From assembly GCA_963744145.1 (NCBI GenBank), contig CAVUSO010000001.1, forward strand, positions 1,678,831 through 1,742,830: 64,000 nt of DNA, read 5' to 3'. The position numbers were made by a program, and so were the translations under genes. Within the stretch, counting starts at the first letter, position 1; each line of letters begins with the position of its first letter. Below, piece after piece: positions 30,955-39,823 of this stretch. Source of the DNA: an uncultured cyanobacterium. GTDB lineage: Bacteria > Cyanobacteriota > Cyanobacteriia > Cyanobacteriales > CAWUOF01. The notes beneath the pieces are model-generated. The model saw only the letters and a list, made by a program, of their open reading frames with translations. It was not told the origin of the DNA and searched no databases.

Positions 30955-31764
30955 GTGTTTTTTATGAACAATCCTACTCGTTTACCACCAAACTTTGATC
31001 TACCACTACTATCAAGGCAAAACTTGCCAACCATGTATGATTTACCCAGTGAAGATCCAGAGGAGCCAGGATTGGCAGATATTTTTCACCTCGACCAACC
31101 ACAATTTTTAGAGGTTACTTTCCAACCGGAGAACTACGATCCAGAACAAGTGTTTAGCGCGATCGACCTTTATCTTTACTATGATATTAACCACCCGAAC
31201 TGGCACAAGCGCCCAGATTGGTTTGCAGTTGTCGGTGTCCCGTATTTATACGATGGCTGGGACTTGCGTTTGAGCTATGTGATGTGGCAAGAACAAGTTA
31301 GCCCCATTGTCGTAGTTGAGTTATTGTCGCCTAGTACAGAAAAAGAAGATTTAGGGCAGACCGTTAGTCAACCGGGTTCTCCACCGACCAAATGGGAGGT
31401 TTACGAGCAAATTCTGCAAGTTCCCTACTACGTGACTTTCAGCCGCTACACTAACCTTATGCAGGCTTTCCAACTGATTGATGGTAAATATCAACCTGCG
31501 AATCTGACTGATGGACGTTTGGTAATTCCCCAAATCGGACTAAGTTTAGGTCTTTGGTACGGGTCTTATAAGAATAAATCCCGGTTGTGGTTGCGCTGGT
31601 TTACAGCTCAAGGAAATTTGATTCTTACTCCTGAAGAGAAATTGGTCGAAGCTCAACAGGAAACGATCGCAGCTAAACTGCAAGCTGATCAAGCACAACA
31701 AGAAGCTGAAAGACTAGCTGCAAAATTGCGCGAGTTGGGTGTTGATCCAAATACGTTGCTTTAA
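30955..31764 (+). CDS. Uma2 family (DUF820) putative endonuclease with C-terminal coiled coil
   Basis: PTMYDLPSEDPEEPGL...VVVELLSPST pattern of Uma2; Q/A/E-rich heptad tail. Confidence 0.75.
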   Translation: MFFMNNPTRLPPNFDLPLLSRQNLPTMYDLPSEDPEEPGLADIFHLDQPQFLEVTFQPENYDPEQVFSAIDLYLYYDINHPNWHKRPDWFAVVGVPYLYDGWDLRLSYVMWQEQVSPIVVVELLSPSTEKEDLGQTVSQPGSPPTKWEVYEQILQVPYYVTFSRYTNLMQAFQLIDGKYQPANLTDGRLVIPQIGLSLGLWYGSYKNKSRLWLRWFTAQGNLILTPEEKLVEAQQETIAAKLQADQAQQEAERLAAKLRELGVDPNTLL

Positions 31765-31942
31765 TTACTTGGGAGCGATCGGCAGCAGATGAAGAATGTT
31801 GCCGAGAGATGGCGAAAAAATACGGTTGGCCACTGACTGAAATCGAAAAAACAGAAACTGCAATACTGTCTGTCGATTGCGTTTTCGATGGGGAAACCGA
31901 GTTTCCAAAGTCTTATTATGAGAACGAAGAGGATTAATAGAA

Positions 31943-32389
31943 ATGAGTAAGCATAAGTGTAAATGGATTCTTTTTCACGCGGAACCCAGACAACCAGGTG
32001 GGTTAGATAGGAAATATGCCCACACCGGGTCATTAACTTCCATCCTATTTGAGCATTACGATTGCTCAAATCGGGAGTTACCTGAACCTGGTTATCGGCC
32101 ACCGCAGTATATCCAAGTGCCGGAGTTTATCGACCCGAACGCACCAGGAGCAAAAACGCATTGGCGCGATAGTGATTGGGTAGTGACTCATGTAGAAACG
32201 TTTACCCCAGATATCCCAATTAGCAGGGATTACGACATGATTGTGATTTGCTACTGCAAATACGAACCAATCGATTCACCGCTAATCCCATTACCACCGC
32301 GCCAAGTGTCGCTTGATTCTTTTGGTGGCGACAAGGAAGCGTATAAGCAATGGCAAGAGTCTCAAAAACAACCAGCCAGCGTCAGTTAG
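31943..32389 (+). CDS. hypothetical protein (148 aa)
   Basis: ORF with RBS GAGGATTAA; no recognisable domain. Confidence 0.3.
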   Translation: MSKHKCKWILFHAEPRQPGGLDRKYAHTGSLTSILFEHYDCSNRELPEPGYRPPQYIQVPEFIDPNAPGAKTHWRDSDWVVTHVETFTPDIPISRDYDMIVICYCKYEPIDSPLIPLPPRQVSLDSFGGDKEAYKQWQESQKQPASVS

Positions 32390-32632
32390 GTTGGCCACTC
32401 CCAGACCCATTGGAGTTGGGTCTGCTTTTGGGTGAAGTATTTCAAACGACAGTCCCAGCAGACGAGTGTAATGGCCATAAGGTTAGTTTCGCAGTATCAA
32501 TACTCTACACCACTAAACCAGTTATCTTCCCAGGGCAGCATGGGATAAGGGCAAATCTGTCGCGTCACACAGCCGATCGCTGAATATTTCTTATGAGGGT
32601 AGTTGGAGCGAATGGCGATCGCCTTATTGTCC

Positions 32633-33679
32633 TTATTTGATCAGATTTGACTCGAAAAGTTTTTCACAAAACTCTATTAATCGGTTTATTCCCCAAAATT
32701 TATCCTCAGTAGCATTCTTGACATTAATATGAGCTGTATGACCACCAAATTCAGTGAGGAGCAGATGAGCATAGGGATTCTCACTGATCAATTGTTTTAT
32801 TTCTGGAATCAATTTGGGGTCAAATATGGGATCATCTTCAGCATAAACGATCAGATAGGGTAGGGTTAGCTCTGTCAAAAAGTAAATCGCACTGGTTTTT
32901 TGATAATATTCATCTACACTGGCAAATCCATAGTAATCAATTACCATTTCCCGATCAAAGCTATCAATTGAGTTCACCCGTTCTACTGCACCTGGTTTAA
33001 CCGCATCAGGAAAAAGTTGACGACGTTTCTGAGCTTCAACCCGCAGTTGCTTCACAAAATATTGTTCAATCCGTCTTCCTAACCATGTACTTCGCAAATA
33101 AGCTAGAGCGCGATTCGATTCCAGATTACAAGAAATAGTAGCCGCACCAAGAATAAAAGGACAATTCTGGGCGATCGCTGCTTTTAATCCCCATAAAGCT
33201 AATTGTCCTCCTAAAGAAAACCCCACCAGCGCGACCCGATTTGGACAACCCATCGCGATTAGTTCTGCGGCAATTTTTACTTGGTCTTCCCCTTCTCTCC
33301 AACCATCCGCAGAGGGAATTGGGGAAAGTTCCGCTGTCCGTCCATGTCCACGCCAATCATAGATCATCACAGCCAAACCGCGATCGTAGGCTTTTCGAGC
33401 CAAAATCTCACCATACCACGATTGTTTTACTTCTGCGGTAATGCCCAGATTCAGAATAATTGTTCCTTTTGCATTAGTCGGACAACTCCATAATCCCCAT
33501 AATGGTACTCCGTCAGCTCCTGTAAAAATATGCTCTTGCCAAGGAACTGGGGGCAAATATTGTAACCAAAATACGCGATCGCCCCACCATTTCCAGGTAG
33601 TGCCGTACCATTGATCGGTAAAAATAGTCATTATTGAGCCATTTTTGAGATACCAAGGGGGTTGGTAAGGTAGCATCAT
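32633..33679 (-). CDS. alpha/beta-fold hydrolase (YheT/ABHD-like)
   Basis: Nucleophile elbow GFSLGG, HGRTAE region, C-terminal His. Confidence 0.8.
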   Translation of the reverse strand: MMLPYQPPWYLKNGSIMTIFTDQWYGTTWKWWGDRVFWLQYLPPVPWQEHIFTGADGVPLWGLWSCPTNAKGTIILNLGITAEVKQSWYGEILARKAYDRGLAVMIYDWRGHGRTAELSPIPSADGWREGEDQVKIAAELIAMGCPNRVALVGFSLGGQLALWGLKAAIAQNCPFILGAATISCNLESNRALAYLRSTWLGRRIEQYFVKQLRVEAQKRRQLFPDAVKPGAVERVNSIDSFDREMVIDYYGFASVDEYYQKTSAIYFLTELTLPYLIVYAEDDPIFDPKLIPEIKQLISENPYAHLLLTEFGGHTAHINVKNATEDKFWGINRLIEFCEKLFESNLIK

Positions 33680-33723
33680 AAAAATGTTGGGTTAACTGAT
33701 TAGAGTGATAATAACAGCAAAAA

Positions 33724-34185
33724 CTATTTATTAGGATTACTGAGACAGGTATTTTTTATGTCTTCAATTACCTGATCTCGGTCTTTTTTAGAATCCTCTA
33801 AATTCTGAGATGCTTCAATAAAATTTGGTTGATTTTTATTTTTGGCAGCCTTCATCCGATCATCGAGGGCTTTGCTAGTTCCTTCATAACTTTTAAATAG
33901 ACGAGATTTAAAATCTAAGCTTTTTTCATTAGTAATTTTAAACTGGTTAAGTTCTCTAGCTCCTTGCTGAAAAATCTCACTCAGTTTATTAATGTAGTCC
34001 GTATCATCATTGGCTTTTTTCAGCTTTTCAGCATCCTTAGTATCATCCATAATGTGATTATGAATTTCTAGTATTTGTGTTGCTTCATCTTTATTACACA
34101 TCGGTTTTTTAACGCAACTATTGACCATTAAGCTAATCGCTATTATTACAGAAAACATGGCCATGTCTTGACGAGAAATTTTCAT
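33724..34185 (-). CDS. hypothetical Lys/Asp-rich lipoprotein (AT-rich gene)
   Basis: Signal peptide plus lipobox MVNSC; sits 85 bp downstream of iscB stop with two hairpins between. Confidence 0.4.
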   Translation of the reverse strand: MKISRQDMAMFSVIIAISLMVNSCVKKPMCNKDEATQILEIHNHIMDDTKDAEKLKKANDDTDYINKLSEIFQQGARELNQFKITNEKSLDFKSRLFKSYEGTSKALDDRMKAAKNKNQPNFIEASQNLEDSKKDRDQVIEDIKNTCLSNPNK

Positions 34186-34270
34186 AAAAAAACCTGGTAA
34201 GTGGGAAACTCAGGTTCTTTAGACCTGAGAGGTAAACAACCCAAGTGGTTTTAACCACCTAAGAATATTT

Positions 34271-35555
34271 CTAATCTGCGTAACCATAACCGTCCTTATG
34301 GTGGACAATCTGGCAGTATTTGTGACTAATCCCTTGAACTAATTTCCCGGCTGAAATGTTAAAAGAGCCGCTTGTCCTAATTGCTACCCGACCGACATAT
34401 TTGCCGATTTTCTTACCTTTTGTGACAATCGCTTTGACGATATCACCAGTTTGAAAACCTTTGACGAATTTGAATCTAGGGACATATCGATCAGGAAATC
34501 CAAACTCGTTAGTTCGGCACATTTGACGAGTTCCATGACCAGTTGCTTCAATCAACAATGGTTTAGCTGTTAGTAGCTTCAGCGAGTCAATTTTACCGAC
34601 ACAACTAGCGTCAATCCAATGTGCTTTTGGTAGGTTTAACCGAGTACGATTAAATTTTGTTAATCCACCTGAACCAGTTGAAACAGGCAACTCAGTTTCC
34701 TTGAGCCTATTAAATAGTGCCCATCGGGTTGAGTTAACTGCCGCAGCATCTTTTAACGGGCGTTTGGCTTGAGCCAATACTCGCTTTAGAACATCTGGTT
34801 TCTTAGCTAGAAACTTCTCAATAGATTGAATACCTTTCTTTTGATTACATTTTTCGCAAGCTAAACAAAGGTTAGAGATTCGGTCACTACCACCTTTCGC
34901 TTTAGGATGAATATGTTCTACTTGTAGTTGCAGATTTTCTGATCCACAATAGGCGCATTTTCTCTCCCATTTTTCTAGTAGGTATTCACGTACTTCATAC
35001 CCTAATAATGTTCCTTGCTGGTACTCTATTCCTGTTATTTCAGGATTTTCTTCTTTCTGTAAATCGAACTTTACCAACTCCAGCGCAATTGAGCTAATTG
35101 GTGCTAATTTGATTAATCTTTTTACCCAAGTTATGGTGGTTTCAACTCGGTGTTGTAAACTAGGTGCTAGCCATCCTTTAGGACGGGTTCTATTTAAGAA
35201 CCTTGCTTGACGGTAACGAGTATGGCGATTTCTGCGATTTCGACGTAGTGAACACCGAGATTCTAGACTAGCTTTAATCGTTTGTCCCCGATGAGTTAGT
35301 TCTGCACCAAAAATTACTTTCTCGCCTTGAATAATCGCAAACCCGGTTGTTTTTGAGCCTGGATCGATCTTAATTTCTAATTCTTGAACAGACCTCAGTA
35401 GAAACCTCTTTCAAGATAATCGTGAAGGGATAACGTCTGAATACAGCCGCTTTTCCTTGACTAAGTAATAAACGTGCTTTAGCCGGATGAACCGGATCTA
35501 GTGGTCGTTTATTCGTATCCAAAACAAATGCGAAATTTGACATTTGAAACTCCAT
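34271..35555 (-). CDS. iscB: IscB (IS200/IS605-associated OMEGA RNA-guided nuclease, Cas9 ancestor); one frameshift near 35385-35410; start probably at 35543 (MSNFAFV)
   Basis: N-terminal PLMP domain [45 protein letters not shown]; Ruv[14 protein letters not shown]; Arg-rich bridge helix [25 protein letters not shown]; HNH CAYCGS...[30 protein letters not shown]; RuvC-II/III downstream. Confidence 0.75.
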
Positions 35556-35765
35556 TGCTGGGTAATGTTCGCTTCGACCTGTTATAAGGGCTTTTTAGAC
35601 CTGCAACACTACTTCAGTGACCTTAAAGCTGTTTAATTGCAGATGACAGAGCGGAAAACTAGCGTCGCATTCTCCGGTGTCGTGACCCAAATAACGTCTC
35701 CCCGTGGGGTCTGGTCAGTACAGCTCTTTCAGAGCTACAAGGCTTTAGCCTTGGGTTACTGACGA
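35544..35765 (-). ncRNA. putative IscB omega-RNA scaffold (5' of and overlapping iscB start), guide expected just beyond 35765
   Basis: Minus-strand hairpins CCAAGGCTAAAGCCTTG, GTAGCTCTGAAAGAGCTGTAC, GACCCCACGGGGAGAC; second divergent copy at 28195-28457 with covarying stems. Confidence 0.55.
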
Positions 35766-35844
35766 AACCTCTTGCGCTTTTCTTGTAGTATGTGTATTAT
35801 ATAGTAGTATGGGTGGAACTAGATGGTAACAAGGGAGGTAGCTA

Positions 35845-37197
35845 ATGACCAGACAAGCAGCAATAAGCACTTTAGATTGGACCCGATCGATAGACATCAA
35901 ACCATTAATTCTACATAAAGGCAAATTACCACAAGGTCGCGATCACCAACAGCACCAAGCAGCTTATCAAGAGAATCAGGAACTTTACGCGCTGAGTGCT
36001 TTATCTCCAACAATAACAACAGTTCAGCGTGAGCGGATCTTGTTCCAACTCTTGCGATCTTCTCGAGTGGGGATGTCTCCGGAAGTACGTCGGATTTGCG
36101 ATCGGGTGGTCAAATTTCTGACTACAATCACCCATCCCGATCGCATCCTGACCATTTTTCTAGCATTACGAAGAGTTCGAGCTAATCACAAACATACATC
36201 AAGAACCATCCTCAATTATATCCTCAATCATCCTGACCTGGAAAACATGGCCAATTGCCGAAGACCCACATTGGTCGATTGTCTGGAACATGGGATGGGG
36301 CGAAATGTGGCCCGAGCTTGTGCCAAAATGCTGATTAATCCAGAGGTTGCTGATCAAAAATATTTGCACCGTCATTTGTGGAAATTTACCCGCGATCGGG
36401 AATTAATTAAGGGAATTTTCCCCTTACTTTATGGTGGGGGAATATCTCAAAAAATCGCACCACAATATCAACTTACCCATACCCAATACCTGGAAAAATT
36501 AGCAGCACAGAAAGAACGACCAAAAACTATTACAGCTACTAATCGGGGGGATATTTCTGCTACGCTGGTTCATCTTTATCGAGGGGGAAAATCTGTTGAA
36601 CTACAACAAGCATTAACAGACTACGTTGAAAAAGCTGCTCAGAAACTACCAAAATTTGAGGGTAAATTAGCAATAGTTCTTGATGCTTCTGCTTCTACTC
36701 GTGGTTATGGTGAACGGGAATATTGCTGTATTTCTCAATCAGTTGCTTGGCAATTAGTATTGGAGAAAGCTTACCCACAAACAAAAGTTTATCCTGTGGG
36801 TGGTACGGAAAAAATCCCGATTCCCCAAGGTAGCACGGATTTAGCTAGTGCTTTAGTTGATGCTTTATTAGATCAACCCGATTTAGTGGCAATTATATCC
36901 GATGGTTACGAAAATATTGTGCAAGGTGACTTAGGGAGAGTTGTTGCTACCTTACCTCAAATTGGGATTGAGACTCCCATCGTATTTTGTCATAGCAAAT
37001 TCACCAATAGTGATGACTTAAGTTTGCGACAAGCTGCACCAAATTTACCCCAGTTAGAATTCTGGCATGAAAATGATTTTGAATCATTACTAATTTCTTT
37101 AGCTGCATTAGCTAGACCAGAATTGAGTGCATCTGGTTTACGAGAATTCTTACTGAAAAAACTGGCTGAAATTGAGCAAACTTTAGCGATCGGCTAA
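35845..37197 (+). CDS. vWA (von Willebrand factor A, MIDAS DxSxS) domain protein with about 260-aa N-terminal helical domain of unknown type (possibly TROVE-like)
   Basis: MIDAS LAIVLDASASTRGYG, ...VGGTEKIPI..., AIISDGYEN; N-terminal domain unrecognised. Confidence 0.6.
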   Translation: MTRQAAISTLDWTRSIDIKPLILHKGKLPQGRDHQQHQAAYQENQELYALSALSPTITTVQRERILFQLLRSSRVGMSPEVRRICDRVVKFLTTITHPDRILTIFLALRRVRANHKHTSRTILNYILNHPDLENMANCRRPTLVDCLEHGMGRNVARACAKMLINPEVADQKYLHRHLWKFTRDRELIKGIFPLLYGGGISQKIAPQYQLTHTQYLEKLAAQKERPKTITATNRGDISATLVHLYRGGKSVELQQALTDYVEKAAQKLPKFEGKLAIVLDASASTRGYGEREYCCISQSVAWQLVLEKAYPQTKVYPVGGTEKIPIPQGSTDLASALVDALLDQPDLVAIISDGYENIVQGDLGRVVATLPQIGIETPIVFCHSKFTNSDDLSLRQAAPNLPQLEFWHENDFESLLISLAALARPELSASGLREFLLKKLAEIEQTLAIG

Positions 37198-37277
37198 TTT
37201 CTAAATATTGGTGAGGGTGGATTAATCATACACCCCACCAATCCCAACAATTTTCTTTTACCCAGGTACTCTAATAT

Positions 37278-38282
37278 ATGAAAAATCTAGACTGTCAAGC
37301 ATTAGTACCTCGTGATTTTGATCTTTCCCCCTATCAATTTGGGATACCCCAGAAGTCAGGACCAATGACGGTAGTACCGATTTTTGGTCCAGAACGTGAA
37401 GGGAAATATACAGGTCCCCTGTCAGGATTAAAACTATCACGAGTAACTGGATATGGAAGTGTAGAACTTGCTAATCCTGACACAACTGGAATTGCGATCG
37501 TACCGCTCCATATCGGTTATATTCAAGATCAAGCTCAAAATCATGCTTTGTGTCGTTCTGCTTTTATTGCTGCTGGTCAAAAACTACTTTTTGAAGATGC
37601 TTGCTGTGTGCAACAATCTCAAGGTGGTTATTTGGAAGGTCGGGAACAATGGTTTTTTGTCTTACCAGTGCAATTGCGATATGAAGCATTACAACTACGA
37701 GGAAAAAAGAGTTACAGTAAGCTCTGGAATGACATTAGTCAGCTCAATCAAAAGTTTAAATTGGCTAATCATGGTCATCTAGAGCAGATTATTACACGCC
37801 AACGAGCTTATTTAACTCAATATCAAAGTCGCTTTGAATTACTTAACAATCAAACTGGGGCGCTATTTTTTCTCAACCGTCAATTAGTGGGAATCGAAAT
37901 TGCTCCGACGATCGCTTATTTTCAAGAACTATGGATGTCCCTCGTTTGTTTCTGCTATGGTGTGGGAGCTATGTATTGGGAACAAAATGCGATCGCTGAT
38001 CCTACCTTACCCGAACCTTTTGGAGCGAAAAACCTGCTAGAATTGCAAACCCAATTGCACCAAAGTCGTTGGGATTTACAAGCGCAAGTCAGTCAGGATT
38101 TGGCTAATACTCCATCGGAGAAATTTCAGATCCATGAGGAAGAAAGATTCTGTGATTTCCAGTTAAAAACTGCTCTTGGTAAAAATTTTGCTGGACAGTT
38201 TGTGGAAAAAAAAGGAGAACTTGTTTATGCTTCTCTGTTTGCTAAATCAGAATTTGGCGTTGCTGATTTACGGTATGAATAA
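37278..38282 (+). CDS. hypothetical protein (334 aa), operon partner of the vWA protein
   Basis: Follows vWA gene by 80 bp on same strand; no recognisable domain. Confidence 0.5.
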   Translation: MKNLDCQALVPRDFDLSPYQFGIPQKSGPMTVVPIFGPEREGKYTGPLSGLKLSRVTGYGSVELANPDTTGIAIVPLHIGYIQDQAQNHALCRSAFIAAGQKLLFEDACCVQQSQGGYLEGREQWFFVLPVQLRYEALQLRGKKSYSKLWNDISQLNQKFKLANHGHLEQIITRQRAYLTQYQSRFELLNNQTGALFFLNRQLVGIEIAPTIAYFQELWMSLVCFCYGVGAMYWEQNAIADPTLPEPFGAKNLLELQTQLHQSRWDLQAQVSQDLANTPSEKFQIHEEERFCDFQLKTALGKNFAGQFVEKKGELVYASLFAKSEFGVADLRYE

Positions 38283-38288
38283 ATAATT

Positions 38289-38314
38289 TGTAGGGGCGCA
38301 TGGCCATGCGCCCC
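38289..38314 (+). terminator. GC hairpin GGGGCGCATGG-CCATGCGCCCC after operon stop (also a member of TGTAGGGGCGCA repeat family)
   Basis: Perfect 10-bp stem 9 nt after stop, followed by GATTGATTTTCAT. Confidence 0.45.
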
Positions 38315-38369
38315 GATTGATTTTCATACCCTGATTAAGCAACGCCCGGAATTTTTTTTCTCAAACTAC

Positions 38370-38399
38370 TTGACAACTGTTGGTAACCTGTAGTATATT
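38370..38399 (+). promoter_or_regulatory. sigma70-type promoter TTGACA-N18-TATATT
   Basis: Exact -35 hexamer TTGACA at 38370-38375, TATATT at 38394-38399; no ORF downstream on + strand. Confidence 0.45.
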
Positions 38400-38405
38400 G
38401 TATTA

Positions 38406-38660
38406 CATAAGGAACTAAGTTAGGTGCAGCTTGTTACCACTCCTGATGCCAGATTCGGAAGCTACTGTTAAAGTGGCGAATGACAAGTTGTAACGCTGAC
38501 TACCCGTCCTTTTACTTGCCGAGGCTAAGACAGTTAAAACGCTTGTCACCCGTCCTGTAACTAACAGGAACTGTACTAGGATCAATTGTTGCCGTGGGGC
38601 TCTTGCGGAAAGTATTCGTAAGCGAAAGGTTCAACTCCTTTCCTCGGCTTTACTAATATA
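38406..38660 (+). ncRNA. candidate about 250-nt non-coding RNA containing a 47-nt imperfect tandem duplication and a tRNA-like minihelix (acceptor-like stem + 6-bp hairpin + T-arm GAAAGG-TTCAACT-CCTTTC)
   Basis: No ORF above 26 codons; internal repeats GACAAGTTGTAACGCTGACTACCCGTCC / GACAGTTAAAACGCTTGTCACCCGTCC; 38591-38648 folds as GCCGTGG..CTTGCG-loop-CGTAAG..T-arm..CCTCGGC. Confidence 0.25.
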
Positions 38661-38714
38661 ACGTCAGTTTGACAAAGTTAAAAGATGGCAGGAGGTAGCG
38701 CTGGTAAGGATGGA

Positions 38715-38749
38715 TTGTAGGGGCGCAAGAGCAATGGGTGCCCCTACTA
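38715..38749. repeat. palindromic dispersed repeat TTGTAGGGGCGCAAGAGCAATGGGTGCCCCTACTA
   Basis: Shares GCGCAAGAGCAAT...CCCCTACT with 16074-16123 and GTAGGGGCGCA with 38289-38314. Confidence 0.5.
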
Positions 38750-38820
38750 TATCAGCAAGTGATTTAGATAGGGTTTGAAAATTTGTAAATGGGCACAGAT
38801 CGAGGCGAAGCGAGAGTTAT

Positions 38821-39765
38821 TTATCGATCGCTGAAATTTATCAAAGATAAACACTGATCTAGAGATTGTTTGACTGTTTTGACAGCTGCCTCTAAAGGCA
38901 TATTTCTGATTTTCTCATTCCATGGTTCTACAGCAACAGGTCCAGTGTAGCCTTTTTTATATAGTGCTTGTAAAAAATCAATAATCTTAGTTACTCCTGT
39001 GGTCAATGGTAATTCTCTTTCAAACTCTGGGATGCTAAACATATCATAACCAGACAACCCATCATTTAATTCTATATATAATAGATATTCTAAATCTAGA
39101 TGATGAATATCCAGTACGCTTGCGCCGCTATTTTGCCAATGATGAACATCAAATTTCAATCCACCATAACCATATATTCCTGCACTAGCAATCAGGGCGC
39201 GAGTACCATCTATAGTATGAATAAAGTCGTATTTTGTGCTGCACCTAGTTTCAGTAGGCCCGATAAACTCAAAGCCAATTTTGATATCATATTTTTGTAA
39301 AATTGGTTTTAGTTCCCGCAAGCGATCGCTAGTTTGAATAAATAGATCGTTAAAGTTACGCTCGTCGCTAAATGGTGGGAGGTAACAGAGAGTTAGCTTA
39401 CAGCCAATTTCTTGAGCTTGTTTAGCCTGTAATTCAAATTGAGGTAAATTTTCCTCAAACTCTTTTTGGCTGCCAAATAAGTTCACAGGAATGCCAAATG
39501 AAACGGGTTTTAAATTAAGCTGGCTTAGTAATTCTTTGCACTCAGAAATGCTGAACAGATTCAGCATATTAAAATCAATATTAATCCCTTCAAATCGATA
39601 TTGATGAGCCAAATTGCAAATTTTTTCAAAATCATTGACAATCTGACCAATATGTCCGCAGTGGTTTAAATTACCAATAGGAGCAGTTAAATTTAAGATG
39701 GGATACATTTTCAATTTACCTATGAAGCAAATGTTAATAATTTTAGATATTTTACTGTTAAACAC
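38821..39765 (-). CDS. sugar phosphate isomerase/epimerase (xylose-isomerase-like TIM barrel); start probably internal (MYPILNL)
   Basis: AP-endonuclease-2/TIM-barrel family pattern (GFEGINIDF..., ...VEPWNE); AT-rich. Confidence 0.65.
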   Translation of the reverse strand: MFNSKISKIINICFIGKLKMYPILNLTAPIGNLNHCGHIGQIVNDFEKICNLAHQYRFEGINIDFNMLNLFSISECKELLSQLNLKPVSFGIPVNLFGSQKEFEENLPQFELQAKQAQEIGCKLTLCYLPPFSDERNFNDLFIQTSDRLRELKPILQKYDIKIGFEFIGPTETRCSTKYDFIHTIDGTRALIASAGIYGYGGLKFDVHHWQNSGASVLDIHHLDLEYLLYIELNDGLSGYDMFSIPEFERELPLTTGVTKIIDFLQALYKKGYTGPVAVEPWNEKIRNMPLEAAVKTVKQSLDQCLSLINFSDR

Positions 39766-39823
39766 CTAAAAACAAGTTTCCCGATTCGTTCAATTCATCA
39801 CTGTACATAAGTTCAGCTAAAAT

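Noticed and set aside
31761-32102. 113-aa minus-strand ORF overlapping the 148-aa plus-strand hypothetical
   Set aside because: Low-complexity hydrophobic translation, no RBS; the plus-strand ORF has a better start context, though neither is certain
38591-38648. tRNA-like fold considered as a genuine tRNA gene or tmRNA
   Set aside because: Only 58 nt between acceptor halves (no D-arm), U-U mismatch in acceptor stem, no CCA or anticodon-loop context; more likely a tRNA-mimic module, a 3' tRNA att remnant or chance
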